DNA from: Eledone cirrhosa
Taxonomy: Eukaryota
Assembly: GCA_964016885.1 (NCBI GenBank)
Contig: OZ024741.1
Location: 114,018,001 to 114,082,000 of the forward strand
Length of the DNA: 64,000 nt
Direction of reading: 5' to 3'
In this document: piece by piece, positions 1-13,552 of the stretch
How the letters are laid out: every line of letters begins with the position of its first letter
Numbering within the stretch: position 1 is the first letter of the stretch
Made by a program: the position numbers and the translations under genes
Notes under the pieces: model-generated
Seen by the model: only the letters and a program-made list of their open reading frames with translations
The model's database searches: none
Told to the model about the DNA's origin: nothing

Positions 1-79
1 AGAGCGACTATAATTTTCAAATAATTTTGAAAATAATCGAGAATATAAGGAGCAGGTGTGGGGGAGGGCTTCTTATTAC

Positions 80-265
80 AAAGTTGGCGGATGGTCTGCC
101 AGAACATTTTATTTGCTGATCTGAAGTCGGATTCCAGCTTAACCCCAAAGTCCTCCCATATCTTAACTTTGGACGTCTTTACTGTCTGCTGTGATTCTTC
201 ATGCCTGCTTGTACCACTAATGCAAGAAGGAGGACTTATTTCCAAGCCAAGATTTGTAAGCCTGA
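80..265 (-). mobile_element. Degenerate RTE-type LINE ORF2 fragment (EN-RT linker)
   Basis: Minus strand reads ...SKVKIWEDFGVKLESDFRSANKMFWQTIRQL, resembling the WEEFG..(M/L)E.DF..A.K.FW..IR.L linker of RTE ORF2; stops and a frameshift present. Confidence 0.55.
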
Positions 266-1011
266 ATATGAGGAGATTTACTAAATCTGAATATAAGGAG
301 ATTTAGTAAAATAACCGACTGATGTTTGAAAGATAAGAAAGAATCTTACATTAAAATTATGATGGAAGGTTTCTAGATAAATATAAACACTTTAAAATAT
401 ACCGTTTTGTATTGTAGAACCAGAGGCAGTTTCAGGTGGCTTAGTATAAAAAAAATGTTAAATTCAAAATATTTAACCAACAAGTTAGTCACCATTGATA
501 ATTTAGTTAAATTCTATGTGTTGCCAAAATCCTCCAACAATTACTGAACCATTCAAAATTGTCAACCAGATGCTTAACCGTTCCATCATTGTCACTATTA
601 ATGTTTATTTTCCATGCTTGCATGAGTTAGAGAAATTGTCATGTACTGAGGCAAGACTGGTCAATTGACCACATTTTGCTCAGGTGCTACATTTTTGGCT
701 TGGTTTCAATGACTGGAAACCCTTCCCAATGCCAACCACTTTACAGCTTGTACAGGAAGCACTTTATAGTGACTCCAGTACTTTATTAACCATATTTCTA
801 ATGAAGTACACTGCCTAAATTTTCAATTAATTTCTAAAATAATCAAGAATTACTATTGAACTACGAAAATAACCTCAAAAGAGAATATAAAGAGAAACCA
901 GAATAACACAATATAGACACAAGCATAGTTAATGTTTTTAAAGAAACAAACACCAGTACTTCGAATATCTATTTCAAGGTAATTTTTTTTTATTTCTATT
1001 ATTACACCCAT

Positions 1012-1668
1012 CGGTGGATTGGCAGTATCGGTAGAGGGTCGGACGGCATGCTTTGCAGCATAGAGTTACGGCCCTTTATGATCTGAGTTCAAATCCTGCC
1101 GAGGTTAACTTTGCCTTTCATCCTTACGGGGTCGATAAAATAAAGTACCAGTCACGCACTGGGGTCGATTTAATCGACTTTCCCCTCCTCCCTCCCTCCC
1201 CCCCAAATTGCTGGCCTTGTGCCTATATAAGAAACCATTATACAAACATCTAGTGGTGGTGGATTGGCAGTATAGGTAAAGTGTCAGGCATGCTTCGCGG
1301 CATAGAGTTACGGCCCTTTGAGTTCTGATTTCAAATCTCGCCGACGTTAGCTTTGCTTTTCATCCTTACGGGGTCGATAAAATAAAGTATCAGTAATGCA
1401 CTGCGTCAATTTAATCAACTTTCCCTTCCCCCAAAAATCATTGGCCTTGTGCCTAAATCAGAAAACTTTATTATACTTAGGGCGGTGAATTGGCAGTATC
1501 GGTAGAGGGTCGGACATGCTTTCCAGCATAGTTACGTCCCTTTACGATCTGAGTTCAAATCCCGCCGAGGTTAACTTTGCTTTTCATCCTTACGGGGTCG
1601 ATAAAATAAAGTGTCAGTAATATACTGGAATAATTGCTGGCCTTGTGCCAAAAGTAGAAACAATTATT
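1012..1668 (+). mobile_element. Three tandem copies of a tRNA-derived SINE (Meta-domain-like core)
   Basis: Copies at ~1012-1241, 1256-1473 and 1480-1668, each with A box (TGGCAGTATCGG), B box (GTTCAAATC), core TTTCATCCTTACGGGGTCGATAAAATAAAGTACCAG and tail CTGGCCTTGTGCC..AGAAAC(ATT)n. Confidence 0.85.
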
Positions 1669-3142
1669 ATACTTATCTCCAAGACAGAGACATGAATAAA
1701 CTTCTTTTTTTTTTTTTTTAACGATAGTTAGTTGATAGGTTTGGTTGGAACTTTGTGGGTGAAATTTATTTTTCCTGTGATTTTTTTATATTTTGATCGA
1801 ACATGACCTCCAAAACTGTCGTAAATTACTTGTTTTCTGTGATTTCCCCACCCGGGAACTCCATAATAATAATAATAAATCACCTTTAACAATGTTTTTT
1901 TTTAAGTATAACATGCAATTTAAACAAGCCAAGTGTAAAAGATTTGCGATCCAGGGATGGGTGAGCCGAGAATATCTGATGCCTGCCTCCCCTAGAAAAA
2001 AAAAATCGAAGCCACCATGAATTTTGAGAAGAATTCCCTGCTCGGGCTGAAAATTAGTCATGTTCTACCTTGCAAAATTTCTCACCGTCATAATTCGATC
2101 GTTCAGTTAATAGAGAGGGTTATGTTTTTGAAAGAAGGCTTCGTAGTTTAAACCATTAAATTTTAAATATAAAGTTAGTAATGCAAGGGAAAGTACTCTT
2201 GAAAACAATTTCCAGGGAGGCAACTCAAATTTTATGTTTAATTATTTCACAATGAATATATTTGAAAGAGAGAGATCGTTGTGCATTTTTCTCAGAGTAA
2301 AAAAAAAACTGTTAAAAGTGTGTGTCTGTTAATTAATGTGGAACGTTAAGTTAGCTCTGATCTAGCAGACCTATGACCTCGTTAGTTCACTGATCTACTT
2401 TATATAGTACAACATGGAGATAGTAGGTGGTTGTTATTGTTGTTATTTAGTCCCAGATCAGCATTTATTGAGCAGTCTTATGATTAAAGATTTTGCAGTC
2501 GTGACCATTTCTTCTTTATTTTACGGACAGGGAATACAGAACCACATTTCAGGGTGTGATTTTGGGGGGGAATTTAACTGATATTTCTAGTAAATCGTGG
2601 GACAACATAGAGGCATTAGATGCTTCCTCGTTAGTTCGTCTATTATTTATTATTTTATTTTTTTATTGAATAAATTTAAACGTCCGTATAGAGCTAGTAA
2701 GCCATAACAGACTAAGAGAGGTGTCTAATATCACTTACAATTAAGAAATAAAAACCAGATAGAGAGAGCCAGCAAAAAATAAAAAAATAAAAAGAAAAGA
2801 ATAAAAGGAGTAAAAAGAAGCAAAATAAGAAAACAAAGGTGAAAAAGAAGGACAGTTATAAAGTAGCTAAATATTTCTACTGTTGAATCTTTCCATAGCC
2901 TCCATGTACTGGAAGATCTTATTTATATGTGGTAGATCCTTATCAATATATTGCACCTCCAATCATGTAGATTTTAAAAAACCAGCTTCCAGATGTCATC
3001 TCTCTCAAGGCTGACAGGTTTTACATTGGAACAAATAGTGCATAGAGTTTCTAATCAACAACAAAAGCATTCCAGCAGTGACTTTCCCTTCTATTTTTTG
3101 TGAGCAGATAATCTAGAACCACATTATCCAACTTATCCTTGT

Positions 3143-3369
3143 TTAACCCTTTACCATTCACATTACTCTATATATACTATTATATTTTCATGGTAAAGGC
3201 TTTACCTCACATAATATCTCACATAATATCAAATCTATGAGATTTTGAAAGTATTTATTTTGAGAACAATACCTTAATATCAGTTTGAGTTACCAGTTAC
3301 AGTCAGTTTCAACAGAAAGAGGTAGAGAATTCTGACCAGTTTTGGCCGGTTTGAACATTAAAGGGTTAA
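3143..3369. mobile_element. piggyBac-type MITE (TTAA TSD)
   Basis: TTAA-CCCTTTA...TAAAGGG-TTAA ends; a reverse-oriented related copy lies at 9700-9905. Confidence 0.7.
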
Positions 3370-3679
3370 GGTGTGATTTGAGGGAATTTTAGTGATTTTT
3401 CTAGCAAGCTAAATGACTTCATAGAGGCTCCTCGTTACCTCGTTCAGTACATTTAATACAGGTGGGCAACTAAAGTATTCTATTTAGACTTAGGGCCTTT
3501 TAAAATTTTTAAATGTAAGACTCACTCCAGGTAGAGCCGCTACTTCACTAAATTGAGAGAGCACAGCTCCGATACTATGGGTATGTGGTGAGAATGTCTC
3601 AGAAAAGAATCACTTGACAGAATTTATGGGCAAAACTAACCAGCAGGAGATGCAGGGGTAGATCCCAAGCAAGATGATT

Positions 3680-4042
3680 GGATAACATTCATTAGCAATG
3701 GAGGAGAGTGATCTGAGAGCATAATAGCTAAAATAAGGATAGAATGGAAAAAGTTCAGAGAGCTACTGTTGGCCACAAAAGGTTTCTCCCTACATACAAA
3801 AGGACTGTATGATGCCTGCATGTGACGTGCATGGACAATGATCGTTAGCTGAAGAAGTGCCAGGAAATGCCAGTGAAAGAGACCTGGGCAGAGGTTGTGA
3901 GAGCTGACCTCAAATCACTGAGACTCACAGAGGAGATGACAAAGGCTTGCGATGATTGGAGAGATGCAATGCTAAGAAGGACCCATCTAGACCATGCAAG
4001 CATGGAAAAATGAACATACAAATGGTGATGATGATGATGATG
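3680..4042 (+). mobile_element. RTE LINE 3' fragment with (GAT)n tail
   Basis: Degenerate match to the C-terminus and 3' end of the 31.6-33.6 kb RTE (WKKFRELL, TWAEVVR.DL); ends in GATGATGAT. Confidence 0.75.
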
Positions 4043-5809
4043 ATATATTTTGGATGTATGTAATACTTGACAATAGGTAAATATATCTTTTTTCTTATAA
4101 TAAGAAACAGAACTCTCTCTGAAGATAGGCAAGTTGAGCTATCTTAATTCATTTATTAATTAATTGTGATGGTAAATTCTGTTCTTTTTCATGTGAAACT
4201 ACGGTAATATTTGTTGAGCCTTCTAGCTTTCTGTCGCTTAACAAAAAATCTACGCCTAGTGTGAGATGCTTGCAAAGTTTCTTTATTTTAAAATACTTTA
4301 CTGCAATCTTCCCTTTGGTTAGTCTGTCCCTTATTTAAGATATTTCTATATTTATAATTATAAGCTTCTCTAAATTAGATTCAAAGCAATCTTGTTTATT
4401 GAGATGTAAATTATATCAGACAAATTTTTAAACATATATAATTATATATATATATATAAATATATATATAGTTGAAAAAAAGAGTGTGAGTAAAGTTCTA
4501 TACAAAACGAAGGTTTTTAGTTAAATGGTGAAGGTGAAGATGCACGGAAGTATATCTAAAGATTATTTTCTGTCTAACCTGACAGAATGAATAATTTATA
4601 ATTGTTGCATTAAATATAACTGCTTTCAATTGGTATAACAATCTTATCAAATATTAAATATTCAAAAAAGATGTTTTCATGTATTCTCTGAGTAGTTTGA
4701 AGATATATGAATTTTTTGTCAAAATTTCTTGTTATATATATGTTCTTTATGAAGGTGTGGTGGTGAAGGTAGAGGTGGGGTACAACAGGTCAGGAATTCA
4801 ATTGAATTTTCTTGGTTACAAACAGAAATAGAAAAAGTTCTTGCAATTCATACTAATGGTCAGCTGGCATTTTTAATGTGTTGGGGGTGTGTTAAAGGTA
4901 GGCCATTAGAGTGACTCAGTGGACACCAATGCTGTGGAGAAGAACAAGAGGACAGCCAAAGGCCAGATGGCGCAATGATCTAACCTGATACCTCAGCCCC
5001 CACATAGACCAATATGGCCAAAGATAGAAAGCAGTGAAGGTCAACCAGGGAGGCATTCTTTGAACGTGAGTGAGAAGGCACTGGATTTTGGAAATTGGAA
5101 GGCATAGTGAAAAAAATGTTTATGAGTTTACATTTGTATATGTATTAACCTGTAATCCCTGATGGAGTTGTAGGGGTGCAATAGTGATATATGGCATTTT
5201 GGGGCATATTTTTTAAAACCTGGCAGACCCCATCACTTCTCCAAGTCTGAGCATAGCAAATTTGTTTTCCAGAGAAAGATAAAGTGAGAGAGAAGAAGTG
5301 AGAAAGATATATAGAGCTGGAACAAATGCCACAAAGCATTCTATCCAACGTCCAAATACTTGTCAATTTGCTGCCTTAATTTTACATTTAGCCTACTACA
5401 ACACAGGTTGAAGGTATTCAGTAAAGAAAAGCATTAAAGAAAGGAAATATATACAATAATGAAAGTATTTTTTTTAAATGAAATATATTTTGTTTGTTTC
5501 TTATTTTATTGGCATAATCATAATCTAAATCATGAGATATGTATCTCTGCAAAATGTTATTAACAAATATACAGTATTAAGAAAATTAATAAGAAACAAA
5601 TAGTAGTGGGGATATGGGGGGGGGGGGGGGGGCACTAGATTGGATACTTATATCTATTAAAGAAAGATGAAGTTGCTTACGGTTCTTTTCTTCACAAGTG
5701 ATTGCAATTTCAGTTCAATAAGATGTTCTGGATACAAGTGAATTGAGAGCCCATGTTTTCATTGAGTAAAATGTTTCTGAACTTGTATCAACCATAATAA
5801 TATAACATG

Positions 5810-5842
<33 letters not shown>

Positions 5843-5848
<6 letters not shown>

Positions 5849-8765
5849 ATAATAATGAAATTATTGTGTACAGTGCTCAGGTGCACTACTACTCATCAAA
5901 GGTGCATGTATAGTACATAGAATAATGTACAAATGTCAAGAAAATGAATAGTGCATGAGTCATGAAATACATGTGTGCGTGTGTATGGAGGGGGGAATCA
6001 GGTAAGCTTGGAGGTTTTAAAGGATGCAGTGTCTCAACAGCTAATAACTGATGCAGGTAGTTTGTTCCATGCTTCAGTAACTCTGAGCGTGAAAAAATGT
6101 TTCCGAATGTCATGGGAGCTGTGCTGTTTTCTGACTTTGTTGACATGCTCACATGTGTTAAACACATGGAAATGAAAAAGGTGCTCAGGGTTGTTGTTGG
6201 CAAGATGGTTAATAATTTTGAGGATGCTTACCAAGTCAGTTGCCAGACGTCAGAGCTTCAGTGTATCCATGCCCAGGGAAGCAAGGCATTCGGGTATGGT
6301 AGATGCCTGATGGAAGGTATTTGCTTGGTTGCATGTCTCTGAACAGTTTCCAGGCAGTCAATGTTCTGAGCAAGATAGGGGTACCAGACTGGTGATGCAA
6401 ATTCTAAGTGTGGCCGCACCATAGCTATATACAGCTTTAAATAGATAGCTAGAGAGTGGCTGACAAAGGTCTTGCTGAGTGATGCTAAGCCAGCCTCGGC
6501 CTTCTTGACAATTTTAGAGACGTGCGTCATCCAACACAAATCGCTGCTGACAGTAATGCCCAGGTCACATTCACAAGAAGACTTCTTGATATTAATGTTG
6601 TGGAGGGAGTATGTGGACGCTGAGTTTTTACTCCCAAAATGCTTGTCCATAGCCAACTTGAGTTGCCAGTCCATGATCCATTGTTGCATTGTGTCCAGGT
6701 CAGATTGCAGGAAAGATTTATAGTGTTCAGGATCCTTTTTTATCTCAAGGTACAGCTTGTCATCTGCATATTTCAGTACTGTGGCATTCTTTAAGTTGGC
6801 ATCTATGTCATTAATATATGCCACAAACAAAAGGGGGCCAAGAACAGATCCCTGTGGTACACCAGATGACATCTCATATGGTGAAGAATGCTGTCCTAGA
6901 ACCGTGACTACCTCTTTTCTACTGAGAATGAAGGACTTCAACCAGTTAAAAAGATCATCTCTCACACCCATTGCAGAGAGTTTTGCCATAATTCTTTTGT
7001 GTGGCACAGAATTGAAAGCTTTAGCAAAGTCAAGGCAAACAACATCCACCCATGAGCCGCCATCAGTGATCCGGGTGATGTCCTCAAGAAACTCTGTAAG
7101 TTGATCCCAGCAGCTGGAGTTGGGGATAAATCCAAATTGCGAGGGCCGGATAAGACTGTGAGAGTTCCAGAAGTTCCAAAGTGTTTCTCTGACACAGGAT
7201 TCCATCAGTTTGGCAATGCAGCTAGTAAGACTGACTGGACGATAGTTGACAGGTGATGTACGGTCACCCTTTTTGAACAGAGGAATGACACTGGCAGTTT
7301 TCCACTGCTCTGGAGTAGCACCGTTGTTCAGACAGAACTGGAAGAAGCGTGATAGCTGGTGCAGAAGGAAGTACCAACCACATTTGAGAAGCAGGTACGT
7401 AACACCATCAAAACCAGGGGAGGCATGGTTGTGTTTATTTTTAAGGTGACGTCGCAGCATTGCAGGTCTAAATTCCATAGTTGTAATAGAATCCAATGTC
7501 AGAGGTGGTGGAGATGGTACACTCTGGTCTTCAACAGTGAAAATGCCTGCATAGCATTCAGCAATGAGTTCTGCGCATTCCTTGGGGTCGACAGTAACTT
7601 GGCTTATGTGCGGATTGTGAAGAGGACCAACTGGAGAGTAAAGCCTCTGCTTTGAGTGAACATACTTCCAGAACACCTTACTGCCAGGGTTGGTTGCTAT
7701 GCACTGCTCAAATTCAAGCACTGCCTTTTTTGTCAGCTGCTTGAGATGGTTGGATGATTTATTTCGCTTTATCCTATTGATATCTGATTTATGCAGTTTG
7801 TACTCACGTTCAGCATTACAACATTCTTTCCTGGCAAGACGGACTGCTGCAGTCTCCTAAATTGCACTTTTGGGATGTTTTTTCTGCTTACATGGCACCG
7901 ATGCTGCACATGCTGTCCATATTGAGTTCAGAATGTTCTGGAGTACAGTGTTGACATCTCCAGAGTTGTAAAACTCAAGCCAGTTTGGACGTTGCAGCTC
8001 GGTGCAGTAACAGTTCCAATCTGCTTTATTCCAGTCAAAGTGAGCAGTTTGGAGCTGGTTGTGGTTTTTGCTACTGCCCATGAGGGACAGATTGGCAATG
8101 ATCATAGCATGATCAGAGTCACCTAAAGGTTCCTCAGTAGTAACACTAATAACCGTTTCAGGAGTAGTGGTGAAGAGTAGATCCAAAGTGTTGTCACCTC
8201 TTGTTGGGGCGGTGACTACTTGGGACCAGTTTCAGTCCAGCACTAGCTCAAGGAAATCATTTGGACTTCGTGGCCAACGAAAGGTTTCCCAGTCAATCTC
8301 AGGGTGATTGAAGTCCCCTGCAATAAAAACATAAGTGGCTGTTTTCCTGGCAGCAGCTCTGAGGATATCACAAAGTTGAGTGTCCTGATGGTAATTTGGG
8401 GGACGGTAAACGACTCCAAGTAGCAGCAGTGTTGACATGGTCATACGTATATCATAGAAAACTACTTATTGCTGCGATTGGTTCAAATCAACACACGGAA
8501 TTGCAGAAAAATTTGACCGAACGTAGACCATTACACCACCACCACGACAATTAATGCGGTCTTTACGAAAGAGGTTGTAGCCAGTTATGCTGAAAACCCC
8601 ATCACAGAGTAAGGAATGTGCCCATGTTTCCGAGACTGTAATGAAGTCAGGGTTGATACTTTTGACGTAGGAGTCAAAAAGATGTATCTTATTGCATAGA
8701 CTATGTGCATTTAAGGACAACAATTTGTACCTTGATTCCAGTCTATGATTATGTGCAGGGGATGG
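5843..8765 (-). mobile_element. CR1/L2-group LINE ORF2 (APE endonuclease + reverse transcriptase), disrupted
   Basis: ORF pieces 8466-8723 (LNAHSL, VSETW, GGGV), 8232-8444 (VYRPP, GDFN), 7857-8186 (SDH), 6258-7721 (YRPVSLTS, QFGF, DFAKAF, GVPQGSVLGP, YADD), 6034-6234 (FFTLRV..WNKLP); (ATT)n tail near 5843. Confidence 0.92.
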
Positions 8766-8814
8766 CAGATAGTTCTGATTTAGTTTCCCAGAGTTTTTTC
8801 AGTTTTATATATAT

Positions 8815-9110
8815 AAAGCATAAACGAACTAAGGAAAAAATTAGAGATAAGAGGGATCAGATGTTGTTTACTCGAGAGAAGGCTGCGTTGGTATGGACAC
8901 GTGATGCGCATGAAAGTCGATAGCTGTATTACAAAGTACAGGGCAATAAAGATAGACGGTAGCCACGGAATAGGCAGACCTAGAAAAACATGGGATGAGC
9001 TGATAAACTCCGACCTCACACACTTACACCTCTCCAAGACAATGTCACTGGACCGTGACCTTTGGCGGTACTCAGTAACAGAGAAGACCCGCCTTGCCAG
9101 TAGGCATCTC
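8815..9110 (+). mobile_element. RTE LINE 3' fragment
   Basis: Encodes LRWYGHVMRM...GRPRKTWDELI; near-identical to 63808-64000. Confidence 0.8.
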
Positions 9111-9179
9111 TAACAAACTACACCCCGTCCCGCCACCACCCCCACCCCATCCACACCACCCCGTTCTATGTAAAGTTAT

Positions 9180-9465
9180 GTTGGTGCCGCGCCATCCAGG
9201 CCGAAACAAATGAGATCGTGTAGGTGTCACGACAAAAAACACACAGTCCACGCTGTAATGTGGCCGTGTAGGCAACACGGTAAAAACCTCCCAGACCCAC
9301 ACTGTAAATGTGGTTGGTGTTAGGAAGGGCATCCAACTGTAGAAAACCTGCCAGACAGTCCTATGCGAGCAAGACAATCACTCTTGCCTCAAGTGGGACT
9401 ACCCCCGTCCAAACCCATGCAAGCGTGGAACACGGACGTTAAACGTTGATGATGATGATGATGAT
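9180..9465 (+). mobile_element. RTE-tailed SINE/LINE 3' end (GGTGTTAGGAAGGGCATCC family)
   Basis: Motif GTTAGGAAGGGCATCCA.CTGTAGAAA followed by CCCATGCAAGCGTGGAA..GGACGTTAAA(GAT)n; relatives at ~590-790(-), 21250-21595, 22670-22930, 61560-62040 and 62430-62660(-). Confidence 0.65.
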
Positions 9466-9699
9466 ATATATATACATATCATCATCATCACCTTTTAACG
9501 TCCATTTTCCATGCTACACAGAATACATTTCCTCTCTCAGTCATGTTACTACAATAAGAAGTTTGCTTTCTAATCCCTGTAAATAGTTATTTCTCCAAAG
9601 TTACTCATACATTTAATTTTGTATGTCATTTGTATATATATGATGAACAATTATGTAATTATATCTTAGAAATAAATTAGTAAACTATGACTTTTATCT

Positions 9700-9905
9700 T
9701 TAACTCTTTAGCATTTAAACCGGCCATATCCAGCCAGAATCCTCTCACCTCTTTCTGTTCAAACCAGCTGCTCATACTGATGTTAAGGTATTGTTCTCAA
9801 AATAAATAATATCAAAATCTCATAGATTTGATATTATGTGAGGTAAAGCCTTTACCGTGAAAATATAATAGTAAATATAGAGTAATGTAAATGCTAAAGT
9901 GTTAA
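9700..9905. mobile_element. piggyBac-type MITE, reverse-oriented copy of 3143-3369
   Basis: TTAA-CTCTTTAGCATT...AATGCTAAAGTG-TTAA; internal sequence matches the reverse complement of the 3143-3369 element. Confidence 0.7.
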
Positions 9906-11363
9906 TAATTTCCATGTGTCAGCAATCAATATAGATTATAGGGCTTCTCTTATGGAAACCATAAAGTTATCAAAATGCCTATTTTCCTGTTTGTATGATT
10001 GTTCCAATATACATTAATCCTGGTATACATGGCATACTAAACCTAAACTCCAAACATTAAATACGCTCAACACTACTGCTGTCATTATTGACGGCACAGG
10101 TCCGCTAGTTGTATAATGTAGAAGACACTGTGGTAGAGCAGTTATAAGGGTGAGTTGATATGTAGAGAAAATGGTAAAGAACCTGCAAAGAATGGTGAGT
10201 ACTGTTTGAACAACATATTTCATGAGAGCTGATTACTCATCATCAACAATGTACAATATTCTTTAAAGAATGAATTGATTTTATCATGTTTATGCGATTC
10301 ATCAATCTAACTGGATATTGTAAATTAACATCACAGTATATAAACAAATTATTCATCACAAATTTTCAAACTTCTTTCTATATATATAATTATATATATA
10401 TATAAAGAGAGAGAGAGAGAGGGGGGATATGTATGTATGTATATATATATGTATGTATGTGTATATATATATATATATGATTATATATATATTATTGAAT
10501 TAATTATGTTTTTAAATTGCCCTTGTTTAAAAACAATTAGTAGACAACACACAAAATATTGATTAACACACAAAATACAGATAAATTAACAGTAAAATAA
10601 TACTCATGAAAAAAGAATGAAATAACTCTTTTGTTTTCAGAAAAACCATACAATGGGGAAATTAGGTTTTTCTTCATGAAGAAAAGTCACAAAACCACAT
10701 TTTAATGCTCCCTATGATTTTCTTAATACTACATATTTATTAATGAAATTTTGTATAAACACATTTTCCATGTTGTAGATTACAGTTGTGTTGATAATTC
10801 TTTTTAATTAATTAATTTTTTGAAATATTTTCCTTGTTGTATATAGTTCCATTTGCTAATTTACTGAATACTTTTGATTTTTTTTATTAGGCTAAATATA
10901 ATAAACACAGGAATTTGTTTGCCATTCCTTTCAATTTCATGTTGATAATGTATAATATCATTCAGCACAAACATTGTCATTTTTACACAATGTTGTGGCA
11001 AAAGGTGAGAGCCAGTACATCTGTAGCCAGCCAAATGGAATAAAATTCAAAAATACCAGGTGTTATTAACAAATTTATATATGCATATATATATATATTT
11101 GTGTACATATAATATATATATATATATTTTTTTTTTTTTAACTGGTGGCATTTGAAATGTTTGAGGGGAGCTGAACCACTGACAATGAAGTTCTTGTCAT
11201 TTATAGCAGCTCACCTTACTAGAGTATCAGGTAATTCCTAATATACATATCATTCGTTAGTTCTAATTCTATTGAAGCTGCAGGATCAATATGTAATTGC
11301 ATATTCCTTATTACACAATATTTTATCATAATTACTTTACATTATATACAATTAATTAAGAGC

Positions 11364-11552
11364 GATGGATTGGCAGTATCGGTAGAGCATCGGACACCAT
11401 GTGTTCCAGCATAGAGTTACGGCCCTTTAGGATCTGAGTTCAAATCCCGCCAAGGTTAACTTTACCTTTCATCCTTACGGGGGTTGATAAAATAAAGTAC
11501 CAGTAATGCACTGAGATAATTGCTGGCCTTGTGCCAAATGTAGAAACAATTA
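11364..11552 (+). mobile_element. tRNA-derived SINE (same family as 1012-1668)
   Basis: Same A/B boxes, core and tail. Confidence 0.85.
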
Positions 11553-12806
11553 TATACAATTAATTTACACAAAACTATATAGAGAATATACAGAATGTTT
11601 ATATTCATGTGATTAGTTTCAATTCCACTGGAACTTGCAACTCTTTAACTGGGCTCAGATTTATCTTAATATCTCTTGGTTCTTTGTTACAGTCGTATTA
11701 CCTCACCTCCCTTGCTTATCAGTGCTCAATACTTCAATTCTTACATCTGACTGTCTGCATACTCTTGAAAAAGGGACATATAATTGCCTATGGCTAAATA
11801 CTGGCTCAAGAAGGAAGAGACCCACTTTATCCTATGTTGAAACAATTTGAACAGAACATCATCAGCATTGATATCGCCAGTCTCAAAAGGCCACAGGCAC
11901 TACCCCTTGTTCAAGACTTTATTCTTCTTTAGTTCTTTTTTTTTTTTTACTTTCTATGGAGCCTTGAATGACATGAGATCTTCATTCTGCACGGTTTCAA
12001 ATCTTATCTTGTACCTTCTCCTTTGCCATGACTTCCTACACAACCTCAACCAAGTCTTGATGGTTCTGCCTTGTTTTCTATGCCCCTTTTCAGGCTCCCA
12101 TTTAAATAAGGCCCTCACTGGTCTCTTTGTGGAAATGTGTAAGCACATGACCAAGCATTCAAAGACCTGTTTGTCTTTTCTGTAGTGATTTTGATTAATA
12201 GAGATAATGTTGCTAACCTTGCACTTCATCAATCCTCCTCCCTTCTCAACACAGGCCAAAATCTAAACTAGGGTTTCAACGTCAAAGTAGGTCAGGGGTA
12301 AAACATTCCAGGTATAATCAGCCAGAGCCAGGAACTCAAATCACATTAAATAACATTATGTCCAGTATTGAGATAATGTTTCTTTATTATTAAAGACATG
12401 TATTATTAAAGGTAATAATACATCCAGTTTTAAAACATTTCAAAACTAACTGAACCATTCCCCTCAAAACCTACCAAGTAAAAAAAAGTGACAACAAAAC
12501 ATTGGTCAACAATAAAAATAGTCATTTAATTTTTATTACCAAAATTGTAAAAAATTTAAACAAAATAAAAATCATAAACAATGTGATAGTACAGAAAAAT
12601 CAAACATAAATGCTTTAAAATTTATTTGCTTTCGAATTTTATTTATTTTTTGGACATAATCAAAATATATTTCACCAAACACTTCATTTTAAATACTCTA
12701 TGTGAAGAGTAAGTTATGGAATGTTACAAGAAATTAGTCCGGGATGTGACTACAATTGGAGAAGTAGCAGTAATGAAGGATTGTCAACTTCAAATATATA
12801 TGGACT

Positions 12807-13208
12807 TATAAACGTTTGTATATGTATAATAAAGCCAAAACAATGCAGGTATGGACATAGAATAAAGAATGCAAATGCAAAAGATATTGTTGACAATTAG
12901 TCTTTTACCTTAGATTTATTTAAATGTCCTTAATTTTCGAGATAATATCTCTTCTTCGGAGGGAAGTAAAGCAGTTAAACCAGTGTTCTAAATAGCTTGT
13001 CAAGTCATGACTTGGCAAGCTATTTAGAACACTGGTTTAACCGCTTTACTTCCCTCCGAAGAAGAGATATTATCTCGAAAATTAAGGACATTTAAATAAA
13101 TCTAAGGTAAAAGACTAATTGTCAACAATATCTTTTGCATTTGCATTCTTTATTCTATGTCCATACCTGCATTGTTTTGGCTTTATTATACATATACAAA
13201 CGTTTATA
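12807..13208. repeat. 402-bp spacerless palindrome
   Basis: Arms 12807-13007 and 13008-13208 are reverse complements centred on TCA|TGA; two mismatches seen. Confidence 0.95.
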
Positions 13209-13399
13209 CCTCATTACACAATGCTTCAAGTGAACTATAACCTCCTCCATATATGGACTTGTAAATCCTCATAGAGTCGTAGGGGTGTCATCCTTACATA
13301 CAGTTTCTTGGATATTTTAAACCTGGCAGAACCCATCCCCTCACCAGGTCTGAACACAGCCAATTTCTTCCAGAGAAAGAGATATGGAGGAAGTACGAA

Positions 13400-13552
13400 C
13401 CACAATACCAAACTGGTAAATTTTTTTTTATCAACCTCAAAAAGTTGAATGGCAAAGTTGACCTTGGGGGGATTTAAACTCAAAGTGTAGAGAGCTGAAA
13501 TGAAAACAGCAAAGCATGCTATCCAATATTCTAATAACTCTGCCAATTCACC
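13400..13552 (-). mobile_element. Degenerate tRNA-derived SINE (same family as 1012-1668)
   Basis: Reverse complement of GGTGAATTGGCAGA...GAGTTTAAATCC...GTCAACTTTGCC. Confidence 0.65.

Noticed and set aside
1012-1110. tRNA genes suggested by A/B boxes (also at 37950, 61659 and elsewhere)
   Set aside because: No complete cloverleaf; each continues into a repeated SINE body and tail
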